From: Limisphaerales bacterium
GTDB taxonomy: Bacteria; Verrucomicrobiota; Verrucomicrobiia; Limisphaerales; JAJOIW01
DNA length: 29,013 nucleotides
Direction: 5' to 3'
Assembly (NCBI GenBank): GCA_965657355.1
Contig: CBFHOE010000005.1
Coordinates: 191,270 to 220,282, forward strand
Shown piece by piece: positions 1 to 8,445 of this stretch. The notes under the pieces are model-generated. The model was not told the origin of the DNA, ran no database searches, and was given only the letters and a program-made list of their open reading frames with translations. The first letter of the stretch is position 1. Every line of letters begins with the position of its first letter. A program made the translations under genes and the position numbers.

Positions 1-1
1 C

Positions 2-679
2 GTCCTGGACCTTCTGAGGTCGAGCTCGGAAAAACTTCAGATCTCAAAAAACAAACTAGTACCCTGGCAAAAGAGATCGGGTAATCTTTTAGCTAATTAC
101 CTATTCGAGAAAAAGGATTACAGCGGAGCCCGCGCAGTCTATAAGCAGTTACAAAAGATGGATAGTAATCCAGGCTGGTACATCCCAGCAACCTATCGAC
201 TGGCTCAATGCAATGAAAGACTAGACCTTCCTTCTCAAGCTACAGATGGCTACATGGAAATTCTCTCTATTGGGAACCGACTCGGTGAAGACCAAAAATC
301 GATTAGATTAAAAACCATTCTCGAGCTCTCTGATTTTAGAATAGATCAAATTGCTTGGCTTTCAGACGCACGTGATCAAGGACGAGCCCTCCTTGACCCT
401 TCATCACCGCCAGGAAAATCACAACAAGTGGATGAAGAAAAAAATTCAAAATGGCTCGCAGAAACTTTTTCTCGAGTAGACATCAACTCGACTGCCAGGA
501 TTTTGTCGAAGCTCGAAGCAACCGAAACTTCAAGCATCCTGAAGCACCTAACAGTTTCTGAACAAGCCGAAATACTCAGAAAAATTGGAAGCCTCGGGCA
601 AAAAGAAAAATCCCTCGCATCAATCGTAGCAACCACACTTGAGCTTCCAGAGAAGCTCACCGACCTCCAAGAGAACTAA
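2..679 (+). CDS. TPR-like protein with C-terminal MgtE-N/MotE-like helical segment (5'-partial, runs off the left edge)
   Basis: Frame 2 is open from base 2 (VLDLLRSSSEKLQISKNKLVPWQKRSGNLLANYLFEKKDYSGARAVYKQL) into the listed 158..679 ORF. Helix pairs are TPR-like (ANYLFEKKDYSGARAVY; ATYRLAQCNERL..ATDGY). The C-terminal TARILSKLEATETSSILKHLTVSEQAEIL resembles MgtE-N/MotE helical repeats. Confidence 0.55.
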   Translation, partial: VLDLLRSSSEKLQISKNKLVPWQKRSGNLLANYLFEKKDYSGARAVYKQLQKMDSNPGWYIPATYRLAQCNERLDLPSQATDGYMEILSIGNRLGEDQKSIRLKTILELSDFRIDQIAWLSDARDQGRALLDPSSPPGKSQQVDEEKNSKWLAETFSRVDINSTARILSKLEATETSSILKHLTVSEQAEILRKIGSLGQKEKSLASIVATTLELPEKLTDLQEN

Positions 680-713
680 TACTTCTCTCCATACCTTTCC
701 ATATCCCAGATGG

Positions 714-790
714 GGCACATTGATTAGAAATTGTGCCTCGCCAATTCTGATTTTAGATCCATATTGTCAAATAGGAAAAAATTTCCTATT
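714..790. promoter_or_regulatory. Two inverted repeats (candidate regulator/enhancer-binding sites)
   Basis: GGCACA(714-719)-N12-TGTGCC(732-737) and AATAGGAAA(770-778)-AAA-TTTCCTATT(782-790), in the gap upstream of the 845 gene and the sigma-54 regulator. Confidence 0.35.
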
Positions 791-844
791 GTGAAATTAT
801 GGCAGCGGGGAAATCTCTCGATGCTGGCAATTCACCTAGCTGAT

Positions 845-1285
845 ATGAGCCAAAATCCCAGTTTTGAATTAATTGAGAAGGATCTTCGCGAGCAGATCGA
901 GCTTTGCAAGGCCATATACCACGTTATCGAAAGGGAGGCCAGAGAACTAAAGTCAAGCAGAGGTGACGAGGACGAACCAAAAAGCTTCAAACACACGAAC
1001 GAAGCACGCGAAAAACTTTTGCCGCTCCTGGACAGATCTACTGAGAGAATTAAAGACCATCGAAAAATCTGGGAAAATTTGGATCCAGATACCAAATCAA
1101 CCAGGCCTGAAATCAATAAATTGATCGTGGAGGCTCTGAACACAATAATGAAAATTATAAAGTTGGATAGATCTAATGAAGAAATCCTCCTCAAGAGCGG
1201 GTCTATACCAATTGAACAAATCCCCTCTTCACTGAGACAAAAACCGAAAGCCGTTGCCAATATTTACAGGCAGAACTCTCGGTAA
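845..1285 (+). CDS. Hypothetical helical protein, FlgN/FliT-like flagellar export chaperone candidate
   Basis: Amphipathic coiled-coil pattern (LREQIELCKAIYHVIEREARELK ... REKLLPLLD ... IMKIIKLDRSNEEILL) and length (146 aa from ATG 845) fit FlgN/FliT-like chaperones. The listed TTG start at 731 lies in an AT-rich, palindrome-containing spacer and is less likely. Confidence 0.45.
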   Translation: MSQNPSFELIEKDLREQIELCKAIYHVIEREARELKSSRGDEDEPKSFKHTNEAREKLLPLLDRSTERIKDHRKIWENLDPDTKSTRPEINKLIVEALNTIMKIIKLDRSNEEILLKSGSIPIEQIPSSLRQKPKAVANIYRQNSR

Positions 1286-1322
1286 GTTATGGTTTTTAAA
1301 CATGGTTGATCAAAATTAAGAA

Positions 1323-2790
1323 ATGCAGATTGAAAAGATACTCATTGTTGAAGATGACCTCATTGCGAGAAAGAATCTTGATCAACAATTAAAAAAGTGG
1401 AGTTACGAGGTCAAGCAAGCTTCGACACTTGCAGAGGCAAGAAAACAACTCGATGCCGATAATTTTGATGTGATGGTTCTCGATGTAGATCTTCCTGATG
1501 GGCATGGTCCCGAAATATTGAAAGATCTCGAGAACTTGAGAGTAAAACCCATGGTTATCATGAGCACCGGCTTCGGGTCGGTGGACTCGGCAGTGGAATG
1601 TATAAAAGCTGGAGCCTTTGATTACCTTATAAAGCCAACATCACCACAGCAACTTGAGATAACTTTAAAAAAAGCAGAACTGTATAATCAGTTAGTCCAG
1701 GTCAACAATTACCATAATACCACTGATGAAGATGAAGGATCAGAACTACTTGGAAGAACTGAACAAATGCAACAAGTCAGAAAACTCATTCGGACAGTTG
1801 CCAGAACTCAAGCTACCGTTTTGATTCAGGGAGAAAATGGAACAGGTAAAGAATTGGTCGCTAGAGCCCTATTTCGGGAGAGCCCTAGAAAAGACAAGCC
1901 TTATATTAAGGTTAACTGCGCTGCAATTTCAGAAAACCTCATTGAAAGTGAATTTTTCGGACATGAAAAAGGATCGTTCACAGGAGCGATTTCCAAAAGA
2001 ACCGGTAGGTTTGAATTGGCAGATACAGGAACCATATTACTTGATGAAATAAGTCGAAATCTCGCTTCAACTTCAAACCAAACTGCTGAGAGTTTTACAG
2101 GAAAGAGAGTTCGAAAGGGTTGGAGGCAATAGAACAATCCGAACAGATGTTCGCGTCATCGCTACAACCAACAGAGACTTGAAACAAAGTGTGGCAAACA
2201 ATGAATTTAGGGAAGATTTATTCTTTCGACTAAATGTTATTCCCATACACGTACCTCCTCTAAGAGATCGCTTGGATGATGTCATCTACCTTTCAGATCA
2301 TTTTCTAAAAAGAGTATCCCGCAAAAATGGCATTAAAGTTCTTGGCATGAGTGAAAGGTGCAAAGAATCGCTCCTAAACCATAAATGGCCGGGAAATGTG
2401 AGAGAGCTCCAAAATTCAATCGAAAGAGGGGTTATCCTCTGTGGCGATGGCAATACTTTAGAGCCCGAACATATTTTCTTAGACCCTGGCGGATTCATTC
2501 CATTGGATAGCTCCAAGAGCATGAGCACTAATTCTCCCATGACTGACAATGGAGAAAGCAATCATAATAAACACTCTTCAGTGGGTGTTTCGGACCCTAC
2601 TACGGACCTCAATGGCAAACCAATCCCTCTAGCAGATCTAGAACGCAAACAAATTTATAAGGCCTTGGATTTTACTGAAAATAATAAGACTAAAGCTGCT
2701 GACTTACTTGGTATAAGTATAAGAACATTAAGAAACAAACTTAATGAGTATAAAGAAAGCGATTTAACTTTGCCCGATCAAGAAGAGTAA
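1323..2790 (+). pseudogene. Sigma-54-dependent response regulator (NtrC/AtoC/FleR family; REC-AAA+-Fis HTH), interrupted by a single extra base at 2054/2055 (possibly an assembly error)
   Basis: REC (KILIVEDD, LDVDLPDG, GAFDYLIKP), Walker A GENGTGKE, ESEFFGHEKGSFTGA, Walker B ILLDEI. Removing one base of 'agtc' restores SEISLQLQTKLLRVLQEREFERVGG..DVRVIATTNRDL..FREDLFFRLNV..WPGNVRELQN and the HTH NKTKAADLLGISIRTLRNKL. Confidence 0.9.
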
Positions 2791-2799
2791 ATAAAAGAT

Positions 2800-3975
2800 C
2801 TAGTGCTTATTCTTCCTCAAAATCAAGAACACGCCTAAGACCTGGAATAGCAGGTTCGGCACCCAAAGTAAAAGATGCGGAGCTATCTGGGTTTGGCCTT
2901 CCATGGACTTCGCCGCTATGAGAATACCATAATAGAGAAGCATCATTCCCAAGGCTATGACCACCCCGGATGATGTGTCTCTTCTGTGTGCTTGGATACC
3001 CAATGGAACACCAAGAAGCGTAAAACCCAGAGAGGCAAAAGAGAAACTGGATTTTTCATGCAAATGCATCTTGACCGGTAAAAGGTCAGCCTTGCTCATT
3101 CCAGAGGCTTTTAAAGTTTTATATTCATTGACCAACTGATGGTATGTCATTTCGGATAATTTTATTTTCCGGAAGGTATCAACTGAAGGTCTGGGAAAAG
3201 AAATTTCCATTTCATCCGTCATAACTGGATACCATTTTTCAAAACTCGCTTCACTCTCCCCGGAGCCATCACTACCCATCTGTTTTGGATCAGATTGAAA
3301 AGTTGAAATCGAAATGTAGTCATTCCCTTGTCGACGAAATATTGTCGGATTTATAAATCTAATAACAAAGAAATCAGACGATGGGTCATCAATAATCTCT
3401 GCTTTTGATGCGCGAACATCTAAAACTTTTCTCCCCTCTTTTAATTGATAAAAAAGCACATTACTCAAAGATGCCTCACCGACCTTCCCTACGTATAAAA
3501 CATTCCCGGGGAAATCAGTAATAAACCTTCCTTCTGGTATGCTATTTTTTAAATCTTGCTGACCAGCCTCGAACAGCAATTTCTTGAAAGCAACCCTTCC
3601 CTTCGGGCCGAGGTCTAAATTTATCCACGCGCAGCCAAAACTGAAGAACAAGCTCAGAATAATAACCGGATATATAATACTCACTAAAGATATTCCACTG
3701 GCCCTCATGGCGGTTAACTCTTGATCAGCGCTTAATCTGCCGAAAACAAGTAGCGTTGATGTCAAAAAAGCTATCGGAAGAACGTACACCATGACAAATG
3801 GCAGCAAATAAAAAATAGACTTCGCAACCACCGAAATTGGAACTTGGTGAGAGGAAACTAACAACATCACGTCTTTAAGAGCATTGCCAATAAGAAACAG
3901 CATAGTTAAAACAAAAACCGTCATTATAAGGTTTTTAATGACTTGCTTCACTATGTATGTATGTATGGTTCTCAC
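2800..3975 (-). CDS. lptF: LPS export ABC transporter permease, LptF/LptG (YjgP/YjgQ) family
   Basis: 3 TM + periplasmic domain + 3 TM layout; motif FGRLSADQELTAMRASGISL; C-terminal LGVPLGI..RR and WVPNLLF. LptF versus LptG is not certain. Confidence 0.85.
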   Translation of the reverse strand: MRTIHTYIVKQVIKNLIMTVFVLTMLFLIGNALKDVMLLVSSHQVPISVVAKSIFYLLPFVMVYVLPIAFLTSTLLVFGRLSADQELTAMRASGISLVSIIYPVIILSLFFSFGCAWINLDLGPKGRVAFKKLLFEAGQQDLKNSIPEGRFITDFPGNVLYVGKVGEASLSNVLFYQLKEGRKVLDVRASKAEIIDDPSSDFFVIRFINPTIFRRQGNDYISISTFQSDPKQMGSDGSGESEASFEKWYPVMTDEMEISFPRPSVDTFRKIKLSEMTYHQLVNEYKTLKASGMSKADLLPVKMHLHEKSSFSFASLGFTLLGVPLGIQAHRRDTSSGVVIALGMMLLYYGILIAAKSMEGQTQIAPHLLLWVPNLLFQVLGVFLILRKNKH

Positions 3976-4001
3976 TTTCTATACGGCCTTGCCAAAATTA
4001 C

Positions 4002-4571
4002 CTAACAATACAGTAAACATAAAGATCCAATGATAGATGCCGGTATCGCTGCTGCATAATCATCAAGTGTAATACCCCACCCGCTGGGAAAATTTTGAAG
4101 TTTTGAAATTCCTAATGGTTTGAAAATATCGAACAAACGAAAAGTCAAAAAATATACAAAAAGAATTAAATAAGATTTTGAATCAGAAAAAATAATTTCA
4201 AGACTTGGCCATTCTCCTGATTGTGAATAAATAATAAGAGGCCATGGCGAAAGAACAAAAATAAAGGCAGACCATTCATCAACAACAACCCACTGAGGGT
4301 CTTTTTCCCCAACTCTTTTAGCTGCCCAGCCAGATAAGAATACCGAAAACAAAAAGAAAAGAGCTACGGATAATATAATACTTACAGGGGAGCAGATTGC
4401 GACCAAGCCGCACCAAAAAATAAATCCAATACTGGTTCCGAAAGTTCCAGGCGCAATTTTTATAAAGCCAGTTCCAAACCCCGACGCCAAGGACATCCAT
4501 ACAAACACTAGCATTGAGTTAGCCATGCCTTGCTTTTTTGAAGAAGTATTTTTAGTTTCTGAAGTGATCAA
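4002..4571 (-). CDS. pgpA: Phosphatidylglycerophosphatase A
   Basis: GFGTGFIKIAPGTFGT, KDPQWVVVDE, FRLFDIFKP, GWGITLDDYAA motifs; directly follows pgsA. The start could be ATG 4526. Confidence 0.93.
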   Translation of the reverse strand: MITSETKNTSSKKQGMANSMLVFVWMSLASGFGTGFIKIAPGTFGTSIGFIFWCGLVAICSPVSIILSVALFFLFSVFLSGWAAKRVGEKDPQWVVVDEWSAFIFVLSPWPLIIYSQSGEWPSLEIIFSDSKSYLILFVYFLTFRLFDIFKPLGISKLQNFPSGWGITLDDYAAAIPASIIGSLCLLYC

Positions 4572-4577
4572 ATCCCA

Positions 4578-5141
4578 CTACTTGTTGTATAAGAACTGAC
4601 GGTTTTTTATGGCGAATTGGATAGCTGAACCTGATGTCAGAAGCATGACAATCCAGAACCCTGCACCAATGGCCATATCGAATGGTGTTTCTTTTGGTTC
4701 ATGTAAATTGCCGATGATGGCTGATTTGAAAAAAACCAAGGATTGAAAAAGAATTTGGGAAATCGTTTTTATTTTTCCAAAAGCATCAGCTGCAATAACA
4801 CGCTGTTTTCGAGCTGCCTCCGATCTCAAACCTGTTACAAGAAACTCTCTACAAATTATCAGGACAGCTCCCCAGGCGGGAATTTGCCCCCATGCAACAA
4901 AAATAATAAATACAGAACAAACAAGTAGCTTATCAGCAAGTGGATCCCAAAGCTTTCCAAACTCTGATTGTTGATTATTTTTTCTGGCAATATATCCATC
5001 CAAGAAGTCAGTGATCGATGCTACAAGGTATAATATAAATGCCACCCACAATCCTTCGTCTTTATTCCAGAGAACCATCATGCCAATAATGATGGGTGTG
5101 AGGATAATACGAGAGACAGTTAGCTTATCAGCGGCCGTCAT
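4578..5141 (-). CDS. pgsA: CDP-diacylglycerol--glycerol-3-phosphate 3-phosphatidyltransferase
   Basis: CDP-alcohol phosphotransferase motif DFLDGYIARK..FGKLWDPLADK; REFLVTGLR; GKIKT. Start overlaps the rimO stop (ATGA). Confidence 0.95.
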   Translation of the reverse strand: MTAADKLTVSRIILTPIIIGMMVLWNKDEGLWVAFILYLVASITDFLDGYIARKNNQQSEFGKLWDPLADKLLVCSVFIIFVAWGQIPAWGAVLIICREFLVTGLRSEAARKQRVIAADAFGKIKTISQILFQSLVFFKSAIIGNLHEPKETPFDMAIGAGFWIVMLLTSGSAIQFAIKNRQFLYNK

Positions 5142-6757
5142 TCTTTTGATATTGCCTCACCAAGTAAATCATAATCTGTGTGGCCGGTAATTTTGACATC
5201 GATGAACTCCCCTTCTTGGATGTCGTAAGCGGGTATATAAATTCGACCATCAATATCAGGGGCATCAGCTTCCCCTCGGCATACCATGACGAGGTCGTTT
5301 TTTGAAAATTTAGGATTAACGATCTCTGTCTTACCCCGTAGATGTCCATGCTCCCATGAATGTATTTGTGCAAGGCCGAGCTCAGATGGAGTTGCAAGTT
5401 TTTCGGGTAGCACCCGAACTGTCTTGCCAATTTGAGAATTTCCAATTTCTCGTGAAATCGTCTTTTGAAGTTCCATGACCTGTCGTGCTCTCCGTTTTTT
5501 TGTATTCCCATGTATTTGAGATGTCATCTTCGAAGAGGGTGTGGATTCTTCTTTTGAATAAGTAAAAACTCCAAGTCTTTCAAAACGAGTCGTTTCGATA
5601 AATTCTAATAAATCCTCAAAATACTCTTCGGTCTCACCCGGAAAACCAACAATAAAAGTGGTTCTAATCGCAATTCCCGGGATCCCGTCTCGAATTCTTT
5701 GGATGAGATCAACGATATACTCCTTTGAAGTTTCCCTTCTCATCCTCTGCAGCATTACTGGATGGATATGCTGCAAAGGAATATCGATATATCGTGCTAC
5801 CTTCCCACACTCGGCAATAGTTCTAATGAGCTCATCAGTCCAATGAGCTGGATGTGTATATAAAAGCCGAACCCAAAAATCTCCATCCAATTGTTGGAGG
5901 TCTTTTAATAAAGTACACAGGGTTTGGCTTCCTTTGGGCAAATCCGCTGAGGCTTGTGAAAATTTTTCTGGTGAAGAAATGGAACCTTGCCTATTGGATC
6001 TCAAATCCAGGCCATAGTATGTGGAATCTTGGGATATGAGATTCAATTCCTTCACTCCATCTTGTATCAGCAGACGTGCATCATTTATAACATCGTCTTG
6101 CGCCCTACTCCTATGCCCTCCCCTCATTCTTGGGATTGTGCAAAAAGTGCACGGATGATTGCAGCCTTCGGCAATCTTTAGGTAGGCAAAATGCGAAGGC
6201 GTTAATCTAAATCGTGGGGTATTAAAATCAGGTACATACTTTGGGCGTTTCTCATATTCGACCGAGGAAGATTGTGCCGCAGAATCAGGTAATTTCTTTA
6301 AGACATCTCGGCTCTCTGATCTTGTTATAAGGCGTTTTGTGTCTGATTTTACTTTCTCTCCAGACCTTCTAATGACGGCATCCCTTACGATACGAGGTAT
6401 TTCATTGACTTGATCAATCCCCATAAAATGATCGACTTCAGGCAGGAGTTCGCTAAGTTTTTCTCTATATCGTTGCGTCAAACACCCAGCGACTATTAAA
6501 GCCTGTTTGGGATTATTCTGCTCTCTATCCGCATCGACTTCCAATATCGCGTCCACGCTCTCCTCCTTTGAGGAATCTATAAACGAACAGGTGTTGACTA
6601 TAATAGCGTCAGCCGAATTAGAGTCGTTGGTTATTTCAATACCATTATTGAGCAATGAACCAAGCATGATCTCGGAATCAACAAGGTTTTTGGCACACCC
6701 GAGCGAGACCAACCCAACTTTTAAATGACTATCTTCTTGCACTGTTTTATTAATCAC
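5138..6757 (-). CDS. rimO: Ribosomal protein uS12 methylthiotransferase RimO (radical SAM)
   Basis: SLGCAKNLVDSE, NTCSFI, AGCLTQRY, YLKIAEGCNHPCTFCTIP (CxxxCxxC), RTTFIVGFPGET, TRAM domain with ADAPDIDG; rimO-pgsA adjacency is a known arrangement. Confidence 0.95.
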   Translation of the reverse strand: MINKTVQEDSHLKVGLVSLGCAKNLVDSEIMLGSLLNNGIEITNDSNSADAIIVNTCSFIDSSKEESVDAILEVDADREQNNPKQALIVAGCLTQRYREKLSELLPEVDHFMGIDQVNEIPRIVRDAVIRRSGEKVKSDTKRLITRSESRDVLKKLPDSAAQSSSVEYEKRPKYVPDFNTPRFRLTPSHFAYLKIAEGCNHPCTFCTIPRMRGGHRSRAQDDVINDARLLIQDGVKELNLISQDSTYYGLDLRSNRQGSISSPEKFSQASADLPKGSQTLCTLLKDLQQLDGDFWVRLLYTHPAHWTDELIRTIAECGKVARYIDIPLQHIHPVMLQRMRRETSKEYIVDLIQRIRDGIPGIAIRTTFIVGFPGETEEYFEDLLEFIETTRFERLGVFTYSKEESTPSSKMTSQIHGNTKKRRARQVMELQKTISREIGNSQIGKTVRVLPEKLATPSELGLAQIHSWEHGHLRGKTEIVNPKFSKNDLVMVCRGEADAPDIDGRIYIPAYDIQEGEFIDVKITGHTDYDLLGEAISKE

Positions 6758-6801
6758 CTTTTTTAAAGATACTTATTGGATATGCCCAACATTTTACTAA
6801 T

Positions 6802-7149
6802 TTATCCAAAAGTTTTTCCATCCCAAGACCAATGACTTCTTGGCCAATCGGTCACTGAGATATAAATCCTCTTGGGGTCTATTTTGAGATTTTCTGAAAT
6901 CGATAAAGTCAATGATCTACAAATATCCTTACAGAAGTCTGAAGGTAGTCCAAGACTGATTAATTGAACGTGAGCCGTGGGTGCCGTTTCCCCGCCAAAG
7001 CTCATGTGAACTCCAGTGGAAATAACTATCTGCACATAATCCTTTGATTTGTTGAGTAACTGACCAACCAAATCCGCAAGCTCAACGTGGAGTCGTTCAC
7101 ATAATTCGTCGTCTACCCGAGCATTTGTCTCCAACCTAAGTAATGGCAT
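6802..7149 (-). CDS. MIF/phenylpyruvate tautomerase family protein
   Basis: N-terminal M-P (catalytic Pro1 after Met removal), MPLLRLETN, LLNKSKDYV, MSFGG..PTAHVQLISLG, IDPKRIYISVTD, WSWDGKTF; 115 aa, as for MIF. Confidence 0.9.
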   Translation of the reverse strand: MPLLRLETNARVDDELCERLHVELADLVGQLLNKSKDYVQIVISTGVHMSFGGETAPTAHVQLISLGLPSDFCKDICRSLTLSISENLKIDPKRIYISVTDWPRSHWSWDGKTFG

Positions 7150-7156
7150 GATTTCT

Positions 7157-7185
7157 ATTATCTTTGGTTTTCTTGATTATTGCAA
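7157..7185 (-). promoter_or_regulatory. Putative sigma-70 promoter for the MIF-rimO-pgsA-pgpA-lptF run (likely leaderless)
   Basis: Minus strand TTGCAA(7185-7180)-17 bp-GATAAT(7162-7157)-7 nt-ATG(7149). Confidence 0.5.
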
Positions 7186-7299
7186 AGGGCATTTCAGCAC
7201 TCAAACGGCCCCAAATAAAAAATAAAAAGTAAAATTTGGATCAGTAAGATGCTTGCAAATAGGAGATCCAAATGGCAGGATGATAATCCTTTTTAGCTC

Positions 7300-7375
7300 G
7301 GGCTCGTAGCTCAGTGGTTAGAGCAGGCGACTCATAATCGCTTGGTCGGGGGTTCGAATCCCTCCGAGCCCACCA
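7300..7375 (+). tRNA. tRNA-Ile2 (anticodon CAT, lysidine-modified, reads AUA)
   Basis: 76-nt cloverleaf: acceptor GGGCTCG/CGAGCCC, discriminator A + CCA, D arm GCTCAGTGGTTAGAGC, anticodon arm GGCGA-CTCATAA-TCGCT, T loop GTTCGAATC. The D/anticodon region matches the E. coli ileX type as I recall it, and a G1-C72 pair excludes the initiator tRNA. An automated tool may label it tRNA-Met. Confidence 0.92.
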
Positions 7376-7404
7376 AATATCTAAAAACTCCACTTCAGCT
7401 TATT

Positions 7405-8391
7405 TTATTTGGTCTCAAGAAGTTTATCCTGTGCGGCTTGGGTCATTTCTTCGATCATTCCTTTGAAACTCATCTTGGGTTCCCATCCAAGCTTACTTCG
7501 AGTTTTTGAAATATCGCCAACAAGCATTTTGGGGTCAGCAGGCCTCATAAATCTGGGATCTTTTTCAATAAAATCTTCCCAATCCAGGTCGACATAGGAG
7601 AAAGCAATATCGACAATATCTTGAACCTTATGCTTCTTTCCGGTGGCGAGAATGTAATCGTCTCCAGCATCTTTTTGGAGTGACAGCCACATCGCTTCTA
7701 CATAATCCCGAGCATATCCCCAATCTCTTTCAGCCGACGTATCTCCCATTTTTAATTTACGCTGAAATCCCAATTTAATAGCTGCCGCCGCTCTGCATAT
7801 TTTTTGGGTGACGAAATTCTCCCCTCTTCTGGGAGACTCATGATTATACATAATTCCATTAACACAAAATAACCCAAAAGATTCTCGATAGATCCGAACC
7901 ATTTGAGTGGCAAATGCTTTTGCACAGCCATATGGACTTATGGGCTTGTATGCTGTTTCTGGATTTTGAGGGAACACATCTGGTGAACCAAAGATCTCAC
8001 TTGAAGAAGCATGAAAAAATTTAGGATGAAGAGGCAAGTCCCTTATTATTTCCAAAATTCTCAAGGTAGACATGGCTGTATGCTCGCATGTGGACTCCGG
8101 AATCTCAAAGCTCAATCCCACGTGGCTTTGACCCGCTAGGTGGTAAAATTCATCCGGCTCAATTTTTAGCAATAGTCGCCTAAGATTAGTGACATCTTCG
8201 AGCTCTGCATAGTGAAGAAATAGAGTATGATTATAGACATTTGTATCTGAGAAAAGCTGCTTCAGGCGCGACCTCTCGATGCTACTTGTTCTTCTGACAC
8301 TTCCGTGGACAGTATAACCTTTGGATAATAAAAACTCTGCTAAGTAAGATCCGTCTTGCCCAGTAATCCCAGTTATGAATGCAACCGCCAT
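7405..8391 (-). CDS. gmd: GDP-mannose 4,6-dehydratase, divergent paralog 2
   Basis: [31 protein letters not shown] (YxxxK), [20 protein letters not shown]. Confidence 0.88.
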   Translation of the reverse strand: MAVAFITGITGQDGSYLAEFLLSKGYTVHGSVRRTSSIERSRLKQLFSDTNVYNHTLFLHYAELEDVTNLRRLLLKIEPDEFYHLAGQSHVGLSFEIPESTCEHTAMSTLRILEIIRDLPLHPKFFHASSSEIFGSPDVFPQNPETAYKPISPYGCAKAFATQMVRIYRESFGLFCVNGIMYNHESPRRGENFVTQKICRAAAAIKLGFQRKLKMGDTSAERDWGYARDYVEAMWLSLQKDAGDDYILATGKKHKVQDIVDIAFSYVDLDWEDFIEKDPRFMRPADPKMLVGDISKTRSKLGWEPKMSFKGMIEEMTQAAQDKLLETK

Positions 8392-8445
8392 ATTAAAACC
8401 CTCTGCTGAACCCGACAGCCCGAAAATAAAGGACCTGATTGTGAA

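Noticed and set aside
825..841. Sigma-54-like TGGCAATTCACCTAGCT upstream of ATG 845
   Set aside because: GG-to-GC spacing is 11, not the required 10, and it is too close to the start codon.
731..844. Listed TTG start extending the 845 gene to 184 aa
   Set aside because: The extension covers an AT-rich spacer with palindromes and is not protein-like; ATG 845 gives a coherent helical protein.
2040..2070. Programmed frameshift or phase variation in the regulator
   Set aside because: No slippery heptamer, homopolymer or short tandem repeat at the break.
2179..2790. Independent 203-aa ORF
   Set aside because: It is the C-terminal half of the frameshifted sigma-54 regulator; homology in this frame begins at 2056, upstream of the TTG.
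5128..5511. Alternative-frame and antisense ORFs (e.g. 5128-5511, 376-660, 832-1260, 12213-12581, 21497-21814, 26792-27214)
   Set aside because: They overlap well-supported genes and show no recognisable motifs; treated as shadow ORFs.
7300..7375. Calling the CAT tRNA tRNA-Met or fMet
   Set aside because: The paired G1-C72 and lack of three consecutive G-C pairs in the anticodon stem exclude fMet; the D and anticodon arms fit the Ile2 type.
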